A DNA stretch of 64,000 nt. Source: Neophaeotheca triangularis. Its lineage: Eukaryota. Both the position numbers and the translations under genes were made by a program. Shown here piece after piece: positions 11,328-23,557 of the stretch; the first letter of the stretch is position 1, and every line of letters starts with the position of its first letter. Location: contig BAAIJX010000028.1 in the NCBI GenBank assembly GCA_054600435.1, positions 1-64,000 of the forward strand, in the 5' to 3' direction. The notes beneath the pieces are model-generated. The model saw nothing but the letters and a program-made list of their open reading frames with translations. It did no database searches and was not told the DNA's origin.

Positions 11328-13094
11328 TCACAAGCCACTCCCCTCCATCATCGCCTCGAAGTCGGTCCCGTCCGCCACCTGCTCCAACCGCAAGAGCTCG
11401 CCGAAGATCGCCTCGTCGCTGCGCTTCGCGGCGATCCTCATGGCGTCGAGCAGCTTGCCCTCTTTGCCACCCCCACAGTTAGCTGCAGGGACGAGGATCT
11501 TCAAGATTGCCTCGAGGGTCGCCTTGCGGGCTTGAAGCCATGCCCGAGGCTGGCGCACCACCTCCCCCTGGGTGAGGAAGGTCGCGACTCTGCTGAGTCG
11601 CGAAAGGCCAGACATCACGTCTGCCTGGTGCGAGTACTTCCAGCGCTCGAGCATGTCTGCCTTGCTGACCCCCTTCAGCTTGGCGACGTGCAAGGCGACC
11701 AAGCCCAGCTCCTGGACGACGAGCTCGAGCTGGTCGTCGAAGGAGCCTGCGGTAGCATACCCCTCGGCCGTGGTGGGGACCGGGGGTTGCCGCCGCTGGG
11801 CAGTGGCGGAGGCGGCGGAGGCGGCGGCGGTGGTGGCGGAGGCGGAGGCAGAGGGAGCGGAGACGGCCGGAGCGGAGACAGAGGGAGCGGGAGTGGCCGG
11901 GGCAGAGGTGGTGCGGCTGGCCTTCACATAGGAAGGGACAGACGCAGTCCACCTCTGGCTCCCAGAGAAGGTACCAACAACAGAACCCGCAGTCTTGTTG
12001 TTGGCGCTGGACTTCTCCAGGGCCCTGGGGGGAGGGGTCTTCTCCACACCCTCCATCTTGTCCGACTCCTGGGTGGGGTCATGGCGCTCACCCATACCCC
12101 GCCCAGGCGGTGCCTCCACACCCCGCCCAGGCGGTGTCCCCTCCACACCCTCCATCTTCTCCGGCTCCTGGGTGGAGATATGGCGCCCAACCATATCCCG
12201 CCCAGGGCCTTCGAGCGGAGGGGCGTCCTCCATCTCCTCATCCCCGTCCGCGTCCGCCATCTCCACATCCGCTTCCCCCTTCTCCTCATGCGCATCCTTC
12301 ATCACCTTATCCTCGTCCCTCGCCGGTGGTTGCACATCCAAATCCATTGGCTGGCACACAACGTCTGCCACAAAGACGTATGGCGAGGGGGAAGGTGAGA
12401 GCGGGATACGAGTCGCCTCCCAATCCATGGGAAGGGGAGGCGACGGCGAGACGGAGAGGGGGGCGAGAGCGGCCGGGAAGAAGCTCTGTCGCTGCTGTTG
12501 CAGCTGTGGCGGTGACGACGGCGGCGGCGGCGGCGGCGGTTGGTGTTGTTGCCGTTGTTGTTGCTGTTGCTGTGGCGCCGGTGGGTGTTGCTGCCCCACC
12601 GGGCCAAGAGGAGGACGAGGAACCGCGGATGGTGTTGGATGAGGAGGAGGAGTTGTTGGTGGTGGTGGTGGTGGTGGTGGCGCGGGGATCGTTGGCGCAG
12701 GCGCCACTCTCCGCCGCGGACGCGAAATAGGAGCGAACCCAGTATACGGAGGGTATACTGGGTGTGGGCGCAGGGGACGCCAGTCGACTGGAGCAGGTAG
12801 AGCCCGAGCGGGCCGAGGGCTCGGGCTCGCATGAGCAGACGCAACACTCCTAGGCGGCGTCCGTGACGGACGCTGTGGTGGGACCCCCGAGTTCCGCACA
12901 CTGAGCTCACTGGTACGACGAACGTCGTCCAGCGCCGCCGCGGCGACCTGCCTAGGAGTGCTGGTCGCGAGAGAGAGGAGAAGGGCGAGGCAGGGCAACG
13001 CCACAAAGAGGATGATGAGGGCGTCAAGCCCGTTGGCAACCAGCGTGAGTAGCCCGAAGGCGCGAGAAGAGGGCAGAGCGGCGACGCCCTCCAT
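11328..13094 (-). CDS. Orphan 588-aa protein: N-terminal hydrophobic segment, Pro/Gln-rich region, acidic DxxMxDA repeats, duplicated TQE..KMEGVE.TPP unit, helical-looking C-terminal domain
   Basis: Long GC-rich ORF; first ATG follows a CA-rich leader (CACAATGG); internal repeats visible. Confidence 0.6.
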   Translation of the reverse strand: MEGVAALPSSRAFGLLTLVANGLDALIILFVALPCLALLLSLATSTPRQVAAAALDDVRRTSELSVRNSGVPPQRPSRTPPRSVASAHASPSPRPARALPAPVDWRPLRPHPVYPPYTGFAPISRPRRRVAPAPTIPAPPPPPPPPTTPPPHPTPSAVPRPPLGPVGQQHPPAPQQQQQQRQQHQPPPPPPPSSPPQLQQQRQSFFPAALAPLSVSPSPPLPMDWEATRIPLSPSPSPYVFVADVVCQPMDLDVQPPARDEDKVMKDAHEEKGEADVEMADADGDEEMEDAPPLEGPGRDMVGRHISTQEPEKMEGVEGTPPGRGVEAPPGRGMGERHDPTQESDKMEGVEKTPPPRALEKSSANNKTAGSVVGTFSGSQRWTASVPSYVKASRTTSAPATPAPSVSAPAVSAPSASASATTAAASAASATAQRRQPPVPTTAEGYATAGSFDDQLELVVQELGLVALHVAKLKGVSKADMLERWKYSHQADVMSGLSRLSRVATFLTQGEVVRQPRAWLQARKATLEAILKILVPAANCGGGKEGKLLDAMRIAAKRSDEAIFGELLRLEQVADGTDFEAMMEGSGL

Positions 13095-15260
13095 TGTGGT
13101 GGTGGTTGTAGTGGTGGTAGTAGTGGTGGTGGTGGTGGTGGTGGAGGAGGTGTTATTGTTGTTGTTGCTGTTGCGGTTGCGGTTGCGGTTGCTGTTGCTG
13201 TTGCTGTTTTTGTGCGCTGGAAGAAAGAAAGGGAAGAGGGTTGCAGGAGGCCGTGACTCTGAATTATACCTGGTCTGCAAGTGAGGTCGAAGGCCACCCT
13301 CAATCGAGAAAGTCGTGGGAAAGTGAGCTGTGCGCCAAGGGGGCTGGAGCTGCACCTAATTGGGAAATGACGTCGAGGGTCAATGCGGTGAGATATGAGG
13401 TGAGGTATGAAGTGAGGATATGTTCTTCTCATCCGTCGCTTAGTGAAGAGGGGTGAGGTTCAATAATGCGTGGTGAGGTGAAGTTAAGCTGGCTGGGGGA
13501 AGCGGCTTAGCTCGATATAGCTTTGAATAACTGACTCCCGGCCAACTTTGCAGCCGTTTTGCTGCTATGCTACCTTGCGACGTCTTTTTTAACCGGACCG
13601 TTGGCAAAGCTCTAGGACCTCTAGGGTACAGAGGCTTACAAAGCTTGAAAACGCCAGGAGTAAGATCTTCAGTGATCTGGTGACCAGATATTTTCTCTCG
13701 GGTAGACCGTTAACATTGGCCAGAGTCGCAGCCATGCTGTGGGTAGCCGGCAGCGAGGCCTATGAACAGGTTGCGTCAATGGTGCTCTTTGCATCAAGAT
13801 GTACATATTATCGCCCGGAGTCGGAGACCATTTTGATCATTCATAGCACTCATTTCGTCGAGCTCATCTGCCGCAGACCACAACCTTGCTCCCGGCGCTA
13901 GTGATTCGATTTTTGCCAACAACAAGGCTCAGTCCCTGTTGATACTCGTTCTTTTCGACAGCTGGCAAGCGTAACGGATCCCTTGAATATTGGAGGCGAG
14001 TGCCGGCCAGGATGGAAAGGCGACCTCGCCAGTAGCAGACAGTTTTCCATTCGCGGCGCTTGAGTAGCACGTCTCTATCCAGCATCCACAGCCAGCCATG
14101 GGATCGTCGTCGACCTTGGAGTCCGTACAAGCCATGATACGACTGCCTATTGCGAGACCAATTTTGCCGCGATCAAACAGTACCAACACATCTTTTTCGA
14201 GAACCATATAGTGCGAGTTTTGACATACGATTCGAAAGAGAAAGAAGAAGCAATAAAGTCCCCAGCATTTATCTAGAGACAGAATTTTATGAGCCGTACG
14301 GTCAGATTGGCAACGATAGTAATGAAATAGCAAGTGGGGATAGATGTTCAACAGCGTCTATAGAGAGAGAGTACCTACCTTAGCCCGGTCTACGCCTTGA
14401 GCTGAGGACTTTACCAGCTAATGACACTGCAGCTCCCGAATGCCTCGAGATCCTCGTCATCGACCTTGAAATATGAGTTGAATGAAGGAAGAAATAGCCA
14501 CGCTTATGGCCGCACGCTTTCTCGTAACATGGGCCACGTGAAACTTGTGAAGTCCTGCTGGGTACGGGCAATAGGACCGAGAGACATCGTGACCAAATTT
14601 TAGTCGTTCGCATAGCCGAAGCGAGTTGTGTGTGTATTTCGAAGCTATTTCGAGGAGTTGATGATCGTATAGTGGGTAGATAGCAAGGCATGAGTTGGGC
14701 AGTTGAAGAGGTGAAGTCGGAGTTGAGGCTCAAGACCACCGACAAGACCTCGGGAGGCATCGATAATAATAACGTTAGGCCGGCATGTGAATAAACGTGA
14801 CGAAGTGATGAATTGCGGGAGTGACGGGGACCCTTAACCAGCGTCGTCGCCAAGCCCGGCGCGGGAATGGGAAGCTAGTAAGCTACAGCTGGCCTCTTTG
14901 GACGGAAATGGATGGAAAATGTGACAAGTTACCACTTCTCCTCTCTACTAGTTCACGAAACGTTCACCTGTCCTTTTCTTCGCCTCGCCGTCTGAAGAAA
15001 GACACGGATCCCTCTTCCATCTCCCACTACAAGAGCTGCGCTCTCACCTCTCGACAACCACCTTCCCCCTTTCATCCCACTTACCTTTTCCCCCTCCTCC
15101 AAGCCCTCACTCTTTACACCGAGGCACTTCTACCTCCTTCAACAGCTACTACCTTTCTCTTCCCCATTGACAGCCGGAAGTGATAGACCGAGAAGAGTAG
15201 CACAAACCACATCACTACCCCCCCTTCATACCACACACCAGCCTCACTCGTCTCAGCACG

Positions 15261-17487
15261 ATGGCTCGGTTCTCACGAAACCAACACTCGAGACCCCAGC
15301 GGTCGGCGCGGGTCTCGCCATGGATGACCGCCTTTTACATCTGCGCCATTCTCCTTGCCCCCATGGTCTTCATGGGCATGGTTGGAACTGCGCAAGCTCA
15401 AGATGAGGCGCCTGCCTCTGAAAACTCCGTCTCCGGACCTGGTAAGCCACGACTGCGCAGCAAATGAAACCCCCCATTACCATCTAACACGCGACCCGCA
15501 GTCATCGGTATCGATCTTGGAACCACCTACTCTTGCGTTGGTATCATGAAGGGCGGCAAGGTTGAGATCCTCGTAAACGACCAAGGAAACCGTATAACAC
15601 CATCTTACGTCGCATGGAACGATGAGGAGCGCTTGGTGGGAGACGCGGCAAAGAACCAATATGCCTCGAACCCTACAAGGACAATCTTTGACATTAAGCG
15701 TTTGATTGGACGCAAGTTCAACGACAAGGACGTTCAAAAGGACATGAAGCACTTCCCATTCTCTGTCGTCAACAAGAACGGCCAACCTCAGGTTGCCGTT
15801 GATGTCGCTGGGTAAGTGGATAAATCTAGAGTGGCAGAGATGTTGGACGAGAGCTAACAAACGCAGCTCCGAGAAGAACTTCACCCCCGAAGAGGTTTCC
15901 TCCATGATCTTGGGTAAGATGAAGGAGGTCGCCGAATCCTACCTCGGCGAGAAGGTTGCCAACGCAGTCGTTACTGTTCCGGCCTACTTCAACGACGCTC
16001 AGCGTGCCGCCACAAAGGACGCTGGTACTATCGCCGGTCTTAACGTTCTCCGTGTCGTCAACGAACCTACCGCCGCAGCTCTCGCCTACGGCCTCGACAA
16101 GACCGACCAAGAACGCCAGATCATCGTTTACGATCTCGGAGGTGGTACTTTCGATGTGTCTATCTTGACTGTCGACCAGGGTGTTTTCGAGGTTCAAGCC
16201 ACCGCCGGTGACACCCACTTGGGTGGTGAGGACTTTGATCAGCGTGTGATGGACCACTTCACCAAGACCTACAACAAGGCCCACGACACCGACATCACCA
16301 AGAACAAGAAGACCATGGGTAAACTGAAGCGCGAGGTTGAGAAGGCCAAGCGTACGCTTTCCAGCCAGATGAGCACCAAGATTGAGATTGAGGCTTTCCA
16401 CGAGGGCAACGACTTTTCTGAGACTCTTACCCGCGCCAAGTTCGAAGAGCTGAACAACGACCTGTTTAAGAAGACTCTCAAGCCTGTTGAGCAGGTCTTG
16501 AAGGATGCGAAGCTCAAGAAGGCCGACATTGACGACATTGTGCTCGTTGGTGGTTCTACTCGTATCCCCAAGGTTCAGGCCATGTTGGAGGAGTACTTTG
16601 GCAAGAAGGCGTCCAAGGGTATCAACCCTGACGAGGCCGTTGCCTACGGTGCCGCTGTTCAGGGTGGTGTTCTCGCTGGTGAGCATGGTGTAAGTCATCA
16701 CAATCGACAAGATTTACGCAGTAGGACGGTCAGCTAACATTTCCCTCAGACTGAGGACCTAGTCCTGATGGATGTCAACCCCCTCACTCTCGGTATCGAG
16801 ACCACCGGCGGCGTCATGACCCACCTCATCAAGCGCGGCACCACGATCCCCACCAAGAAGTCCCAGATCTTCTCCACCGCCGCCGACAACCAGCCCATTG
16901 TCTTGATTCAAGTCTTCGAAGGTGAACGCACCATGACCAAGGACAACAACCAGCTCGGCAAATTCGAACTTTCCGGTATTCCCCCAGCACCCCGCGGTCA
17001 GCCTCAAATCGAAGTCACCTTCGAGCTTGACGCCAACGGTATCCTCCGCGTCAGCGCAGGTGACAAGGGCACTGGCAAGAGCGAGTCCATCACCATCACC
17101 AATGACAAGGGCCGCCTGAGCAAGGACGAAATCGATCGCATGGTCGAGGAAGCCGAGAAGTACGCCGAGGAGGACAAGGCAACTCGCGAGCGCATCGAAT
17201 CCCGCAACGGCCTCGAGAACTACGCTTTCTCCCTGAAGAACCAGGTCAACGACGACGAGGGCCTGGGTGGCAAGATTGAAGACGAGGACAAGGAGGCTCT
17301 CATGGAGGCTGTCAAGGAGGCCGTCGACTGGATGGAGGAGAATGCCCAGACGGCTACCGCTGAGGAGTTTGACGAGCAGAAGCAGAAGCTGAGCGATGTC
17401 GCCTACCCCATTACTTCTAAGCTGTACGGTGGTGCCGGTGGCTCGCCTGATGAGGACGATGAGCCTGCGGACCACGATGAGTTGTAG
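15261..17487 (+). CDS. KAR2: ER Hsp70 chaperone BiP; exons 15261-15441, 15502-15811, 15867-16689, 16750-17487
   Basis: Signal peptide, [30 protein letters not shown]-terminal HDEL; three canonical introns. Confidence 0.98.
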
Positions 17488-18324
17488 AGGCATTTTTTGG
17501 AAAGGGACGAGTGGTGGAGGATGACTGGAAATGTGTACTCTTATCATCTTGCGTTGCGTTTTCGCGGGCTGCTAGAGCTTAGCTTGTTGCTGTTGCTGCA
17601 GATTACATCTCGCAGTGGAATACTATAAAAGCTTGCAACACCTGTTCGCGCTCCACCTCCTTGTCATTGTCCCTTGCATATTCTGATGTCGCAGGGATGT
17701 GATTTGTCGTGAGGTCTGGGTCTTCCGCAAACAGGTCTGGAGATGAGCGAAGGACGCCTTTCATACACTTTTGACTTTTGCTACTCGACGGATACTCGAT
17801 AGATAGTTTACGAGGGTGATGTATAAGCATCACTTGGCTCGCAAGCCTCCAAAACGCCACGGGCGCTCTCAAGCTTCTGAGCTCGAGCTCTCTTTCGTCG
17901 TCTTCCTTCGGTCGCCGTCTTGCGCGCTTAAGGACCGAGGTAGATCAGCAGGTAGCCGTTTTGGAAGAATCGTCAAGTGCTGGCTCTGTTCGGGCGGAGT
18001 CTGGAGTGATGGTTCTCAAGAGAGACTGGAATTGGGCAGTCTCGCTCAGTGGAATATGTTGCGTCGCGACGGACTGCGGGGGCTAGACGAAAGCATCTCA
18101 TGGTCCAGGTAGTTGAGGCTGTTTTGCGTTCTAACCAACACCGTGTAGTTTAGACATCTATTCACGTGTAGCTAACTTATCCCCAGCATCTCTTCAGTCG
18201 TTGCTCTCGACGCGTCCCCGATTAAGGAACGCATCTCCAAAGCCCTTTTTTTCTCCCAAAGGGCGCCGAGCTCTGTTCATCCACTCCACTGCCTCTGCAC
18301 GCCCTTACGAACGAGGTTATGCAC

Positions 18325-20513
18325 CTACTGCCCCGTCCTGGCCGAACTCCTCCTCCGGGCTTCCTCAACATGCTCCGTACTCCCCGTGGTCTCGGAGAAG
18401 TACTTGAAAGTGGCCTCCTCGAGCTCCGCGCCCTGCAGCTTGGGCATCTCCCTAGCGCGCTTGACAGGGTTGACGCCATCGGCGTGCGAAGAAGCGAAGA
18501 TGACGTCGAGCTCTTCGAGCGAGCGGCCCTTAGGCTCCGGGAAGAAGAAGTAGACGGATGGGATAATGGCCGCGTTGAAGACGGCGAACATGATGTAGGT
18601 CTGGTATTCCAGATTCGCGAAAGCTGGTGGGGTGATCATGACGATGAGAAAGTTCGTGAGCTGCCGTGTGCCGTGTTAGTTTGTGGTTTTCGGGCGCTGA
18701 AGAATCTTCGGGCGTCAGGACTTACCCAGTTGCTGCAGGTGGAAAGAGCGTTGGCTTGAATACGGATTCTGCACGGGAGGTTAGCAGGCGGTACATCTTG
18801 TACCATTGGGACGGTTGCGCTTGCCTGAGGGAAGTGATCTCGGCCGGGTAGCTATTCTCGTTGTCAGTATTCTGTCCATTGATCTAGTCAGGAAGAGATG
18901 GAACTCACAGCCATGTCATTCCGAGCCAGCCTAGAGCGAAGAATGAATTGAAAACGAAGAGGAAAACGGTCGCGGTGACACCCCAAGCGGTGGAAAGCAA
19001 TGGCGCGCCCTGTTCGGTCGTTTCACCGGTCGATGCGGAGCCAGCAAGCATAGCCATGGAAAACATCATGCCCACGGCACCAATCAACATCAGCTTACGA
19101 CGACCAGTACGTTCGATCAATGGCAGAGCGACGAGAGATGCCAGAAAGTATTCGGTACCGTTAGCGGCAGCTAATAGACGCGAAAGGTTGGGCCCGAATC
19201 CCAGACTGTTCTCGAAGACGAAGGTGGCGTAGTAGGTCTAGAAGTGAAGTTAGTAAAATAGCCCGACAAAAAGCGAACGAGCCCAAACCCACGATCAAGT
19301 TGATACCGCAAATCTGTTGGAAGAATTGCGCGATGACGGCAAGGAGCGTACGACGCAAATTCTGGCTGGGGCCGTTTGTGAGCAGCTCGCGGTACTTGAA
19401 GCCACCGCCACGGCTTTGCATCTCGAGGGCATCTTGGATTTCGCGGATCTCCTGGGTTACAGCTTCGTCGTCTATAGGCTTGTTTACGAGGCGAGAAGTC
19501 ACCTCCCTGGCTTCTTCGACGCGGCCGCGCATAGATAACCAACGGGGCGAATCGGGGAGGAAAAGCAGACCAATCATCACTAGGATAGTGAAGAAGGATT
19601 GGAAAGCAATAGGGAATCGCCATCTGACTTCGCCTTCTAAGAAAAAGAAGCCATAGTCGACCCAGTAGGCAATCCTGAAATTTCGCGTTAGTTTGTCGTC
19701 CCACCCCGAAGTCGACGCTGTGAAAGCTTACATGATACCTCCGGAAATCAGGGCACCAGATAGGGTGATGAGGATACCACGTTGGTGGGGACGAGCACAC
19801 TCAGATTGCCAAGTAGGAATCGTTGAAGTGACCATGCCGTTGCCAATTCCACCGACGATTCTGCCGACGACGAAAAGCGCGTATCCGTTGGCTGCAGCCT
19901 GAAAGATAGTACCGATAATCATAATTAGACTGCCCCAGAAGGTCGAAGACTTTCGTCCCCAAACCTCACCGTAGTAGAGAATTAGAACTGCGCCCATAAA
20001 ACAACCAATCTGATAAATGGCGACAGCGGCGGCTTGCGTGTTGGCGTCGCCAGTGCACATGCTTTCATCGCGAACAGTGTTATCCGGGCTATCAGTCCAA
20101 CAGACATCATTGGATTGCTCGAGAGGAGTCATGAGGGGAATGCTGCGTTGGAAACTGTCGAGAGTGAGGAGCGCGGACAAGACACCTTGGTCATAACTGG
20201 GGAGAGCGTGAGCGACATGTCCGCAATGCAATTCGATTCAGAGCACAAAAACTAACCCAAACATGAGGAAACCGCAACTGGCAATGATACCGATGCCGTA
20301 GTTGAGAGGCTTCCCGTGTAGCTTCTTGCCGCCCAAACCCCATTCCGGTAGGTTACCAAGGGCACTGAACATGCCCATGATACCACCAGCGTCCTTGTTG
20401 GGCTGCTTCTGGACATAGCGTTCGCGATCGGGGGAGGAGGAAGTGTTGCCGTTGGGAGACAGGTCCCCAGGCGTCGAGGCCTGGGTCTCCTGCTTCTTCT
20501 CATCTTCAAACAT
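18325..20513 (-). CDS. MFS sugar porter (STL1-like), 7 exons
   Basis: FGYDQG, GRIVGGIGNG, PTWQSE, PDSPRWL, QQICGIN, ERTGRR, WLYPAEI, PEPKGRSLEE; six introns, one of them GC-AG. Confidence 0.93.
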
Positions 20514-21763
20514 GGTTGGAGAAGAGTGTTGCGAGGGTTGCGAGAAGGAAGGAAACGACGCTCTTCGTACGGAATGTGCGGGCGGACCTTGGGATACTCA
20601 TATATACTCTACCGGCCACGACCCACCTCCGGACTAGCCCACACTGTGCCACACGCGACCACATGTTTTAATGATTACAGTGGGCCCTCACGCGGTCGAT
20701 GAACGAGTCAACAAGGGCGAGGCAAAGGGTGCTCGGGGGTACTTTGCGTCTCTGACATAGTTAGGATGCGCCGGCTTACTGATTTGGGCAAGACGACGCC
20801 GTCATGCCCAGTGCTGGCGACAAGAAAGACAAGAGTTGCATCGTGATGGGAAGCCTTCTCATTTGTCGAAGCGATACCAAGCAAAGGCAGCACGGCGACA
20901 AGACCTCTGCCCAGCAAGCCATGCAGCTGGCCAAGCCGCCGCGTACGGTAGAGCGACCAATGATGAAAGCGGCGCAGAAAAGAGATTTATCCTTGACAAT
21001 GGTGAGGAAAACGCGAAAAATCGACTCACGGATGCTCGACAAAATCGAAGATTGTTTGGTTCTTTGTCTGGGCTGTATAGCAAGAGGAAGAGGGAGGAGT
21101 CGTAAACGTGAGGTTCGGCGCATAGTTGGAATCGAGTCTCCAACGCCAAGACCGATTTTGAAGTGGAACTCCTTTTATTCCGTGTCCTAGCTCATAGACC
21201 TCCATCTTTTAGGGCATGCGGCTCCATGGGCAGCATGATAGGTGTTGCTATCGCGTTTTATCCTCGGCGCTCTGAGCTCCCACATGCGGTCCGCAATCTT
21301 ACGCTTGCCACCACCGCGAAATAATAACTAATAATGCACCAGCCCCTCCCCTTTTCCGATGATTCCGATCAAGCGAAGGAAGAAGGATATCAGCGGATGC
21401 GGTCATCTCGCCGCCTCTCGTCCGAAGGCCAAGAGACTCGATGACGATGGAATGGTAGTCTACCACAGTGTCGGACTGGCGGTATTACTGACAACAGTTG
21501 TTGGGCTTCGGTAGCTGTGTGGGCTCGCGCGCGACCTGATCGCGTTTTGGCGAACAGAACCGCATCGCCAACGATCTCATACTACTTGCATATGTAATGG
21601 AAACATCCGACCTGAAGAAAAGGAAGCCGATCACTCTTGAATGCAATTAGCGTGGCTGATCCAAACTGAATTTATGGGTATCTCTGAAGCAAGCAATCTG
21701 ACCACCACGCGAAACCCCACCAGTCCTATTACCTGGCTCATCCTCCGGGGTAGGTCATTCCCG

Positions 21764-22380
21764 TTACCGCTGTGCGGTGGTTGTAGGTTTCCCAGTCGAT
21801 GACTTGTTCGGCATCGAGCGCTCGTCGCGCAGCTGGCCAACGTCCATGACAAGCGACGGGAAACCCTGATCTTCCGTATTAGACGCCGTACCCGCAGCCT
21901 GCACGCTCTCCAACCAGGCGGCTTCCGCCGCATCGTCGCTATCGTCTTGACCGTCTCCAGATGCCGGTGCCCCAGTGTGGGGTGAAAAGTCGGCCGCGCT
22001 GGCATACAAAACGTCCACCATGCCACTGACCGTCCCGCGTTAGTATAGCTTCTCCTACACACAAGTGCGCCCGTTCTTGACACTCCCGTACCTGTTCGCG
22101 CGAGCTGTGATCTGCTCCAGCTCCTCCCTCTCCCTCCTTAAATCCTCCTCGTCCGGCTGCGTAACCTCATCCTCATCTGTGCCGCCGTATTGATTACTCG
22201 GGGAGTCTAGAAGCGGGTCTGTCTCGTCGAGCTGTGTAAGACGATTCTGCGTCAGTCTCGAAAGAATACGGAACATGTGATGGCGAAGACAAAAGAGGGT
22301 GTGCCGGAAAGTGTAGGCGAGGCACTCACGTCCTGCGAGGGATGCCGTCCAAGGCCAAGACAGGAGAGACAGGCGCCCAT
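21764..22380 (-). CDS. LAMTOR1/Ego1(Meh1)-like vacuolar TORC1 anchor; exons 22380-22330, 22231-22092, 22025-21764
   Basis: MGACLSC (myristoylation plus palmitoylation pattern), acidic dileucine ETDPLL, helix EREELEQITARANSGMVDV; canonical introns. Confidence 0.75.
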
Positions 22381-23557
22381 CAAGTATGGGCCGGCCCTAT
22401 TCTCCTTTCGCTACTGCTGTGTAAGGTTCTCCGGAACGCGCATAACAGCTGGGAGCTGCAGGTTTAAGCGAAAGGATGTGGTGATTCTGGTGTAAAGGAG
22501 TGACTGATTGGGAGATTGTATGCTGTTGTCGTGTCTGAAGGGGAGTCACATTGGGAAGCCGTGAAAGGATTATTGTGCCTGAGGCAAGAATGTTAAACTT
22601 GGCATACCTCAAGTATCGGTCCCAACGAACGACTCCTTCCTGTACCTTAGCCCGACAACCTCGAGACATTATTTACTACTCTATGAGAAGAGTCAAACGC
22701 ATATATGTCATCCAATCGAATTATGACAACCAATTTGAGAGCAGAACAAAAGCAGATCAAGGGCTGCCATGCCATTGGGATTACTCCTATCTCCCAATCG
22801 GAGGGGTTTCCCTCCACATACTCATCGTCTGACGAGTGGACTATCTCTAACGGCATTCATGCAAACCATTCAATAGTAAGCTCATGACAGCCCGTCATGA
22901 CGAGGGAGTGGCGACATGCGTGTTACAGATGCCCAAAAAGGTGAAGAGTACGTACCCCTTGGCTCTCTTTTTACGCGTCCGAGACGCGATGTCACATTCT
23001 TGTTCATTTTCTTTCTTCCAACATTAGCAAAGAATGAAAGATATGCAAGGCTATCGCGGGTGTGGCAAGTTGAGTTTTGAGCTCGATCACGCATCTCCCA
23101 TTTGCAAGCAAGGGCGGTAGAGCAAGGCTGCATTCCTCCCAGTCGTTCGGGAATGGGACACACAGTACCGAGCAGCCATATCCTGACAATTTGCACCTAC
23201 TTGGACATGGCTGGCAAGGAACTACGCTTTTTACGTCTCGCAAGGTGCATCAAGACCTCGCACATCTCGTACCCAGCGCTCTCATTCCGTGTTACTCCTT
23301 CCCCATCGGCTTTGCAGAGACGGGCCAGTCTGCAAGGTAGGTGGCTAGAAGCGAGCAATGTGGAAGGCTGATCGACAATGTAGCGAGCTTTCAGCGTTGT
23401 TATAAGATATCGCTCGGAGCTCGACTGGACGCAACCTTTTGATCAGCAGCCTTCGCTACAACAATCACAACCAACCCGACTCAAGTACACCCAATTGTCC
23501 GATCCAGGACTATCAGGAGGAGCACTCGCCTTCGCTCATTAATAGCGGTGCTTCACC

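Noticed and set aside
11479..13432. Multiple overlapping ORFs around the orphan gene
   Set aside because: GC-rich trinucleotide repeats suppress stops in all frames; only the longest ATG-initiated frame was kept
14780..15260. UPRE or heat-shock elements in the KAR2 promoter
   Set aside because: Expected biologically, but no clean consensus match could be identified by eye
15826..17547. Long antisense ORFs over KAR2
   Set aside because: Known shadow ORFs of codon-biased Hsp70 genes
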